Origin: Candidatus Aenigmatarchaeota archaeon
GTDB lineage: Archaea; Aenigmatarchaeota; Aenigmatarchaeia; JACPZZ01
Reading direction: 5' to 3'
DNA length: 64,000 nucleotides
Assembly: GCA_043801595.1 (NCBI GenBank)
Contig: JAZDLW010000019.1
Span: 43,094 to 107,093 of the forward strand
Part shown: positions 57,041 to 64,000 of the stretch, one piece after another
Position numbering within the stretch: the first letter of the stretch is position 1
Layout of the letters: every line of letters starts with the position of its first letter
The notes under the pieces: model-generated
Databases searched by the model: none
Told to the model about the DNA's origin: nothing
The model's input: the letters and a program-made list of their open reading frames with translations, nothing else
Made by a program: the position numbers and the translations under genes

Positions 57041-57192
57041 AAATTGAACTATTGCCCCATTAATGGTGCTAATGATGATGCTGATGATACTGCTGATGTT
57101 GTTGATAATGACGTAAAATATGAAGCATATACTGTAGTATATAAATCTTTTTAAATGTAGCGGTTATTTAACATGAATTACAAACTAATAAA

Positions 57193-57288
57193 TGTCACAA
57201 GTAATTCCTATCCGAAAGGATTTCGTCGAAAGATGATGCCCTGTTGCCTTGTGTGGCAGGGTTCGACCAGTAGGAGGGTTTTGTGACA
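57193..57288 (+). ncRNA. Candidate structured RNA adjacent to DUF3800 gene
   Basis: TGTCACAA/TTGTGACA closing stem, TCCTA/TAGGA, two GAAA-tetraloop hairpins, 9-bp GU-containing hairpin, followed by T6. Confidence 0.7.
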
Positions 57289-57294
57289 CATTTT

Positions 57295-57972
57295 TTATTT
57301 TTCTATTATTGTTAGTTTTAATTTATTCCCTTTCAGTAAGGCTATGTATCCTTGATTTTTTTTGGAGAATGATTGGAAAACACTTCCACAAATTAGGTCT
57401 ATCGCTTGCAATTCTTTTTTATGTTTTGAGTCTTCATGTAGTACTCTGAAGGTATTTAATTCGTCAAAACCGTCATTATGCAATTTTTCATTTTCATCTT
57501 CCGTGCATATACAGAATTTTATGGAAGATCCATTTTTTTTATGAAAAATGTGAAATTTGTTTTCTTTCTTGTTGTTGATGAATTGTGTGTCTGCTATTAT
57601 AGATTTGGGAAATTCTCCTCTGTTTACTATCATATGCCTAATTAACAATTCGAGTCCCATGATCTTATCTAATTTTTGGTCTGGTTTATTTTTCTTATTT
57701 ACAGCGATGCAATAACAATCGATATCTATTTCCGACAGCTTACTCAGTATCCTTTTTAATAGATCTTTATCTGGGAATTTGTAAAATTTTAGTTCTCCTC
57801 CGTTATCATTTAACCATTTTTTAGTTTTGGGGTGTCTGAGCATTTGATCTATACCCCATTGAATTGCTCTTCTTACGGCATGAATTTGATTGGTACACAT
57901 TAGACCTAAAATCAAGTAATCTGTGCCGGTTTTTCCGGTATCTCCGCTTTCGTCGAAACATGCAAATTCCAT
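57295..57972 (-). CDS. DUF3800 family (RNase H-like) protein
   Basis: N-terminal FDESGDTG, GELKF, IIAD, C-terminal DSK...LQAIDLICG. Confidence 0.85.
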   Translation of the reverse strand: MEFACFDESGDTGKTGTDYLILGLMCTNQIHAVRRAIQWGIDQMLRHPKTKKWLNDNGGELKFYKFPDKDLLKRILSKLSEIDIDCYCIAVNKKNKPDQKLDKIMGLELLIRHMIVNRGEFPKSIIADTQFINNKKENKFHIFHKKNGSSIKFCICTEDENEKLHNDGFDELNTFRVLHEDSKHKKELQAIDLICGSVFQSFSKKNQGYIALLKGNKLKLTIIEK

Positions 57973-58080
57973 TTGAGTAACCTTTGATTATTACAATAGT
58001 ATCTTATCAATATGAGGTGATTTGTCTAAATTTGTTTATTAACTTCACGTAGTTGACAAATGTATCAACTATATTTGATC

Positions 58081-59019
58081 TTAATTAACTTCTTGTATCA
58101 ACACACAAACATTATGACAAATAATCTTACAGAGTAGTTCATTTTCTTGCGCAATTCTGTTCTTTGACTTCAATGAATCTCCAAACTTCGCCTTAATCAT
58201 CGAAAAAGTGCTTTCAATGTTGCTTCTACGATGATAATGAGCCATGAATTCTGGTTGCCTAAATTTGAAGTAATGATACATCTTTTTCCACATTTCAGAG
58301 CCATTTCTCCTTCCGGTAACATTGGATCTGAATGGTATGAAAATTTGAGTGTTCAATTCATTAGCCATATTGTAATTATCTCTCGATAGATATGCTTTGT
58401 CCGCTGTTATTTCTTCCACATTAAAACTTTGAGTGGTTTCATACACTAACGGTTTGAATTGTTTAATATCCGCTCCGTTTTCGTCTGTGATTCTAATAGC
58501 GGTAATTACGTTTGTTTTCGTTCCGCAGATTGCATGACACTTTAACCATTTGTGCTTTCTTGATAATCCGTGCTTTACGATGCAGTATTCTGTGAATCTT
58601 GTAGTCCTGAATCCGGTAGAATCAATAGCGAACTGCGTTTCCAAATCCTTCAACGGCAACGCTGAAAGTGTTATTAGTTTGTGTAATATAGGCGTTATTG
58701 AAGGGTTGTTCAACAGTTTAGACGTAGCTGTGAAGTGAGGTGACCTCTCGATTAGTTCGTCTTCTTCGGCGTTATCAAAAAGACCGTTTGCACGCCTGCA
58801 TGACATCATAGAGTATACTTTTTTGATGGTACAAAACAAGACATCTCTTAGGCTTAGTGTAGGTCTGCCAAATTTGTATTCTGGTTCCTCTACACTTTCG
58901 AGTAGATCTTTCAAAAGAACGTCAAACTGTTTTAGCTCCATACACTGGGCTTTATTGTAGACTGACCAATTCTGAGTGCTTTGTTGTTTCCAGAGATCTT
59001 GTAACGGATTGTTCTTCAT
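58081..59019 (-). mobile_element. DDE transposase 1 (IS4/IS5-superfamily-like)
   Basis: FAIDSTGF, ITADKAYLS, YHRRSNIESTFSMIK (Y-R-E-K). Confidence 0.9.
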
Positions 59020-59034
59020 GATTACCAACACTAT

Positions 59035-59070
59035 TAGGTACCTACAAATATTTAAATAGATAGGTACCGA
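59035..59070. promoter_or_regulatory. Operator pair TAGGTACC(T/G)A flanking a bidirectional TATA
   Basis: taggtaccta 59035-59044 and taggtaccga 59061-59070 around tatttaaata; third copy 59970-59979. Confidence 0.65.
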
Positions 59071-59083
59071 AAGATTATATGTT

Positions 59084-59251
59084 ATGAAGCTCCAAAAACA
59101 GCTTTCTCGCAAGTCCGGTAATACGGTTTATCCTAAATGGGTGGTTGTGATACCGCCTGAGAAGATAAAAGAAACTGGATGGAGAGAGGGAGAAGATTTA
59201 GAAGCTGATGTTAAAGATGGAAAAATTGTACTTAAAACTAAAAAGGCTTGA
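59084..59251 (+). CDS. AbrB/MazE/SpoVT-like DNA-binding protein (55 aa)
   Basis: Not in ORF track; MKLQKQLSRK...YPKWVVVIPPEKIKETGWREGEDLEADVKDGKIVLK. Confidence 0.85.
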   Translation: MKLQKQLSRKSGNTVYPKWVVVIPPEKIKETGWREGEDLEADVKDGKIVLKTKKA

Positions 59252-59951
59252 ATTCTCTAAATATATCATTTATCGATAAAACGTTTTCTAAAACAGGTTT
59301 TCTTATTTCTGGCTCTAGTGGATTTAATTGTCTAATGGAGAACAATTTTTTCTTGTCTTCAGGAAGTTTGTCAAATTCTTCTGGCATGTCTGGTAAAAAC
59401 CAGATTTGAGGTTCATTTCCTCCTACAGAATTATCCAATTCAAAGAATTCTATGTAATGAATGATAAAACATCCTAATTTTGCCATATCCATCATTGTTA
59501 GATCTTTGTTCCAAAATTTCTTTAAAAAGAACGATCCGTAAGGTCCACCATGTCCTATAGCTAAATATTGTTTAATGGGTTCTGATACACCGTCAGGAGT
59601 TACAATATAAAGTTCGGATTTATTACCAACTCTCAAAGCTACTAAAACTTCGATAGTATCTCTTATTCTGGGAAAATATCGTTCTGTTAATGTTTTTGAA
59701 ATGTCTTCACAATCCATAATAAAAGTATCTGGGGTATACCCACCTTCAGGCGTTCTTTCATTAACAACTTTCATCATACTTACTAAAAACTTGTGAAATA
59801 CGCCACTAACACCAGAAGCACCAACAACAACATTATTTAATGGTTGTATAATTTTTTCTTCCGTAGATACTTCTGTATCACCTCTGATAATTTTTGTATC
59901 TCCGATTAAAACAACACCATCGGAACATCTTGCACCAAGGATATACGTCAT
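59238..59951 (-). CDS. Proteasome-beta/HslV-like Ntn hydrolase without propeptide
   Basis: M-T1YILGARCSDGVVLIGD17TK...K32I, GASG, AIGHGG, DNSVGG. Confidence 0.8.
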   Translation of the reverse strand: MTYILGARCSDGVVLIGDTKIIRGDTEVSTEEKIIQPLNNVVVGASGVSGVFHKFLVSMMKVVNERTPEGGYTPDTFIMDCEDISKTLTERYFPRIRDTIEVLVALRVGNKSELYIVTPDGVSEPIKQYLAIGHGGPYGSFFLKKFWNKDLTMMDMAKLGCFIIHYIEFFELDNSVGGNEPQIWFLPDMPEEFDKLPEDKKKLFSIRQLNPLEPEIRKPVLENVLSINDIFREFKPF

Positions 59952-60013
59952 GTCCTTTCCCCTTTGTAATCGGTACCTATAATTCATACCTTTGAGATTT
60001 AAACCCTTATTTT

Positions 60014-60138
60014 GACTTTTGCTACAAACGGCTGACTTTAGGTACAAATCAGACATTAGCTACAACCCCCCCCCCGGCGTTGTTGCTAAACTGACAAAAA
60101 CCATCGACTTTAGCAACACTGGACTGACTTTAGCAACA
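60014..60138. repeat. Multi-box site B
   Basis: Boxes at 60014, 60034, 60052, inverted 60080, 60106, 60126 around C10GGCG. Confidence 0.8.
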
Positions 60139-60562
60139 GTGACTGGTGCTGTGATTAACGGTGCAAAATGTAAGCAATTTAACTCTAGAAAGATATATCT
60201 ATGTATAAGATTCAGGAAACAAAAACCTCCTGATCAAAGGTCGGGCTGACCTCACTCAGTTTCACTGGCAGGTGCTCATTAACGAAGGTTTTCCCGACCT
60301 CATCATTTCTCTATTTAGTTGGTTGACTGGGTTTAAAAAGGTTTTTTATCCAATTTTGAATGGAATTTATCTAATAATTTAATAGATAAACTATATACCA
60401 GATTAGCCATACAACGATGCATAACATCAATGTATACCATCGATATACTGCATTGATATAAAATATAATATAAACAGGATATAATACTGTTAATTTACTT
60501 CGTTATTTCAATTTATCCTGAAAACAACGGAGTTTATAAATACAATAGTATAGATAAATTGT

Positions 60563-61114
60563 ATGATTAGCGATAAAACTAAGCTGAAAGAGAAAATTTT
60601 GGAGTTAGTTGATGTAGTAGCAGACTTGGATGAACCGTACAAAAGTTTAACATTCAAAGCTCTTTTGGATAAGTTTTTAGAGTCTAAATCTGATATTTCA
60701 ACTGTTCAGGTAAATGCCCCAAAAATATCCGTGGTAACCGAACAACCTGAATTGCCAAGTCCAGAACCGGAACAGGAAAGCGGATCTGGAATAGATAAGA
60801 TTATCCATGGTAGATTTGACTGGTCTAAGTATAACTACATCCATAAGCTAGATGGCAATTTACAAGACTACCTGGTGCTGAAAATAGCATTGGAAGAGTT
60901 TGGTGTAGATGGGTTAACCCCACCAGAAATAAGTAAGATACTTGATGAGAAGTTCAGAATTTCAAGAATATACAATTCGGTAAGTATGAACCTTGCTAAA
61001 ACACGAGGAGAGTATGTAGACCGCAAAAGGGAAGGTGTAGCGTACTATTACAGGATACTAAACTCTGGTTTAGAACTTCTGAATAAAGCAATATCAAGTG
61101 TAGGGCAAATATAG
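60563..61114 (+). CDS. Hypothetical protein with C-terminal wHTH-like region
   Basis: GLTPPEISKIL...VSMNL...YYYRILNSG. Confidence 0.65.
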   Translation: MISDKTKLKEKILELVDVVADLDEPYKSLTFKALLDKFLESKSDISTVQVNAPKISVVTEQPELPSPEPEQESGSGIDKIIHGRFDWSKYNYIHKLDGNLQDYLVLKIALEEFGVDGLTPPEISKILDEKFRISRIYNSVSMNLAKTRGEYVDRKREGVAYYYRILNSGLELLNKAISSVGQI

Positions 61115-61124
61115 GAAAAATAAT

Positions 61125-61370
61125 TTATCCGAACGCATCAGTCCGCCACCATACCCATACACCCTTGGCACCAGCAGCGAGTCTCTTGCCACGGATCTTA
61201 CCTTCACCACGAAGGTTTGTTAATCGATATATTATCATAGAGTGTGTAAAGTCAGCGAACTTTTCCCTTACTTTACCTTCTATCTCACGCGTTTCCAAAG
61301 GTTCATCGCATTTGGAAATTATATCAAAGATCAGTTTCTGTATCCTCTCATCGATCTTTTCATCTTGCAT
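61125..61370 (-). CDS. Small winged-helix regulator divergent from transposase 2
   Basis: EPLETREIE...IIYRLTNLRGEGKIRGKR...VWVWW. Confidence 0.75.
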   Translation of the reverse strand: MQDEKIDERIQKLIFDIISKCDEPLETREIEGKVREKFADFTHSMIIYRLTNLRGEGKIRGKRLAAGAKGVWVWWRTDAFG

Positions 61371-61411
61371 AATTATGATTGGTATATGCATTAATAAATA
61401 TTATCGATAAC

Positions 61412-61471
61412 TCACCGATAATACAAGCTTAAATATGTAAGCATGTATTATTACCGATAGCTTATCGGTGA
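61412..61471. promoter_or_regulatory. T(C/T)ACCGATA operator boxes
   Basis: tcaccgataa 61412, ttaccgatag 61451, inverted ttatcggtga 61462, flanking cttaaata. Confidence 0.6.
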
Positions 61472-61475
61472 TAAA

Positions 61476-62468
61476 ATGAGAAAAGATGTGATAGGAAACA
61501 TGTGGGATCAGCAGAGCAGGCAGAACTGGACAGCTTACAATAGAGCTCAGACTACAGAATTCAACCAGTTCGACATATTGTTGAAAGACATACTGGAAAA
61601 TGTAGATGAATCCCAGTACAAGTTTGGTAGACCTTCGCTGAGTTTGAGAGACGTTTTATTCTGTTGCGTAAAGAAAGTCTATTCCCAAATGTCGTGCAGA
61701 AGATCCAAAGGAATGCTGGATAATGCAGCTGGAAAAAATCTGATAGGAAAATCCCCAAATTACACAGCTACGTCAAAATTATTAAGCAAAAAGAAAACTA
61801 CTGCAATTCTGAGTCACTTGATTATGTTATCTGCGTTACCTCTGAAAGATTTCGAGGAACACTTTTCCGTGGACTCAAGCGGTTTTAGGCTGACGAATTT
61901 CACGCCTTATTTCGGCGACAAGCATAAGGTGGAAATGAAACATGACTGGCTAAAATTACATATGTGCATAGGCACACACACCAACATAATAACCAGCGTG
62001 CGGATAACAGACCAGAATGGTGCCGATATGAAAGAATTCGGATATTTAGTTAGAAGCACAGCTAGAAAATTTAAAATCAAAGAATTAAGTGCGGACAAGG
62101 GGTATTCGAGCCGCAAAAGTTATGAAATTGTTGACAAGATCGGCGGGCAGGCACTCATTCCATTCAAGATAAACGCAACGGGAAAGAGCAAAGGATCTCC
62201 GATATACCATAAAATGTACCATTATTTCAAATTCCATCAGCCGGAATTCATGGCACGATACCACCAGAGATCAAATATCGAGTCTACTTTTTTCATGTTA
62301 AAGAAAAAATTCGGTGATTCCCTGAAATCGAGAAATAAAACTGCACAGGTAAATGAGCTACTTTGCAAGGTCTTAGCTCATAATCTTTGTGTTTTGCTTG
62401 AGGAATCACAGGAATCAGGTATAAATCCAGATTTGGGAAATAATAAAGAAGGACGATCCGATGAGTGA
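61476..62468 (+). mobile_element. DDE transposase 2 (paralog of transposase 1)
   Basis: FSVDSSGF, LSADKGYSS, YHQRSNIESTFFMLK; shared QNW..YN.AQ and YKFGRP.LSLRDVLFC. Confidence 0.9.
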
Positions 62469-63123
62469 AGAACAAATACGATTATCGGCGTCGTCCCTGG
62501 GCTTGATGCTCGACTGCAAACGCTGCTTCTGGCTGAAGATGGTAAAGAAGATTGACAGACCTTCAGGGGCATTTCCAAGCCTGCCAGGTGGAATTGACGC
62601 TGTTATGAAGAAACACTTTGACGCTTATAGGAGCAGGGGGTTGCCACCGGAACTGGTTGGTAAGGTTGATGGCAAGTTATTTGATGATACAGAGCTGATC
62701 AATAAGTGGCGAAATTGGAGGACAGGATTGTCAGTTGTGGACAAGACGAATAATATCAAATTAGTCGCTGCGTTTGATGACTTGCTTGTCAATGGCGACA
62801 AGTTCATTCCACTCGATGTTAAGACCAAAGGATGGGAACCGAAGATCGATGCGAAAGATCATTACCAGCATCAACTAGATGTTTACGCCTATGTGCTTTC
62901 AAAGAACGGCTACAAGGTTGAAAATTACGCTTATCTGGCGTTCTACCATCCGGAAATAGCCAACGGTGACGGGTCGATAAAGTTTGTGACTACTGTTGTA
63001 AAGGTTGATACGAAGTTAGAGCATGCTGTGAAGATGATGGAAGAAGCTGTCCGGATAATCGAAGAGAAGGAGCCTAAACCAAGCGAGAAGTGCGAGTTTT
63101 GTGGGTTCAGAGAGGCAAAGTAG
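62461..63123 (+). CDS. PD-(D/E)XK nuclease (Cas4/RecB-like)
   Basis: LSASSL...CKRCF, FDDL, LDVKT, QLDVY, CEFC; 8-nt overlap with transposase 2. Confidence 0.85.
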   Translation: MSEEQIRLSASSLGLMLDCKRCFWLKMVKKIDRPSGAFPSLPGGIDAVMKKHFDAYRSRGLPPELVGKVDGKLFDDTELINKWRNWRTGLSVVDKTNNIKLVAAFDDLLVNGDKFIPLDVKTKGWEPKIDAKDHYQHQLDVYAYVLSKNGYKVENYAYLAFYHPEIANGDGSIKFVTTVVKVDTKLEHAVKMMEEAVRIIEEKEPKPSEKCEFCGFREAK

Positions 63124-63193
63124 CCTTCTACGGTCATAGTGGCATAAAGGTAGCGGATCGGTAGTCTCTTAAATCCTTTTTACGAAGAAAGAT

Positions 63194-64000
63194 ATGATGA
63201 CAAATAACGGGTCTAATCTTGGCTTTGAACAGAAACTCTGGCAAGCGGCTGATAAACTTAGGAACAACATGGATGCAGCCGAGTATAAGCATGTTGTTTT
63301 GGGTCTTATTTTCTTGAAGTACATATCCGATGCCTTCAAGGAACTCTACGATAAATTGAAGAATGATAAAGAAGGATTGTCAGACCCCGAAGATCAAGAC
63401 GAGTACAAAGCTGAAAACGTATTCTGGGTGCCAGCACAAGCTAGATGGGACTACATTCAAAAAAACGCCAAGAAACCGGAAATTGGTAAGATCATAGACG
63501 ATGCAATGTACGCCATTGAGAAAGATAACCCATCTCTGAAAGGAGTTCTCCCAAAAGATTATGCAAGACCCTCACTTGACAAACAGAGGGTGGGAGAACT
63601 GATCGACTTGATAGGAACGATTGGTCTAGGCGATAAGGAAAGTCGAAGTAAGGACATCTTAGGCAGAGTTTACGAATACTTTTTGGGGCAATTTGCCGAT
63701 GCTGAGGGTAAGAATGGCGGTCAGTTCTATACTCCAAGAAGCATTGTAAAGGTCCTTGTAGAGATGTTAGAACCATACAAGGGGAGAATTTTAGATCCTT
63801 GCTGTGGTTCTGGGGGCATGTTCGTACAAAGCGAAAAATTCATACAAGTGCATGGAGGAAGGATAGGTGATATCGCTATATACGGTCAGGAGTCAAACCA
63901 AACAACTTGGCGATTATGCAAAATGAACCTTGCCATAAGAGGGATTGATAATAGCATACAGTGGGGAGATAGTTTTCACAACGATTTACATAAAGACCTG
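63194..64000 (+). CDS. hsdM: Type I restriction-modification methyltransferase subunit M (3'-truncated by window)
   Basis: [54 protein letters not shown]. Confidence 0.95.
   Translation, partial: MMTNNGSNLGFEQKLWQAADKLRNNMDAAEYKHVVLGLIFLKYISDAFKELYDKLKNDKEGLSDPEDQDEYKAENVFWVPAQARWDYIQKNAKKPEIGKIIDDAMYAIEKDNPSLKGVLPKDYARPSLDKQRVGELIDLIGTIGLGDKESRSKDILGRVYEYFLGQFADAEGKNGGQFYTPRSIVKVLVEMLEPYKGRILDPCCGSGGMFVQSEKFIQVHGGRIGDIAIYGQESNQTTWRLCKMNLAIRGIDNSIQWGDSFHNDLHKDL

Noticed and set aside
56935..60138. CRISPR array interpretation of the GACTTTAG boxes, with the Cas4-like gene nearby
   Set aside because: Boxes are 13 bp with 5-7-bp gaps and mixed orientation; no 25-40-bp repeats, spacers or cas1/cas2
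60014..60138. Archaeal replication origin (ORB with G-string)
   Set aside because: No TCCA..GGA ORB core and no cdc6/orc1 nearby; duplication at module borders fits a mobile-element site better

Overview
Archaeal chromosome segment. The archaeal-type ribosomal proteins, Rpo6/Rpo3, SecY, Cbf5, deoxyhypusine synthase and leaderless TATA promoters are directly visible; placement among small-genome DPANN-like archaea is an inference. About 1-13 kb and 31-33.5 kb are core translation/transcription clusters. 17.5-30 kb is redox, ABC-export and Fe-S metabolism. 34-53 kb is dominated by surface glycoproteins. Two accessory zones stand out. (i) A minus-strand tRNA-Ser(TGA) split by two clear introns and probably a third (17142-17375). 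Its 3' end is repeated twice downstream, delimiting two small integrase-less cassettes that carry a RelE-type toxin-antitoxin pair and a bacterial-type sigma70-region-4/RNAP-alpha-CTD fusion. (ii) An AT-richer island from about 56.9 kb to the window end. It has two modules, each opened by a conserved multi-box site with a C-tract core and each containing a DDE transposase with a divergent small regulator. Cargo includes a DUF3800 RNase-H-like gene abutting a highly structured ~96-nt RNA, a propeptide-less proteasome-beta-like protease, a PD-(D/E)XK nuclease and a type I HsdM. Also noted: a probable remote DGR target gene (2266-3006), two families of dispersed palindromic repeats (one translated into the uS5 tail), and a duplicated zinc-ribbon gene with a covarying leader hairpin. 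All calls come from reading motifs by eye; no database search was run.
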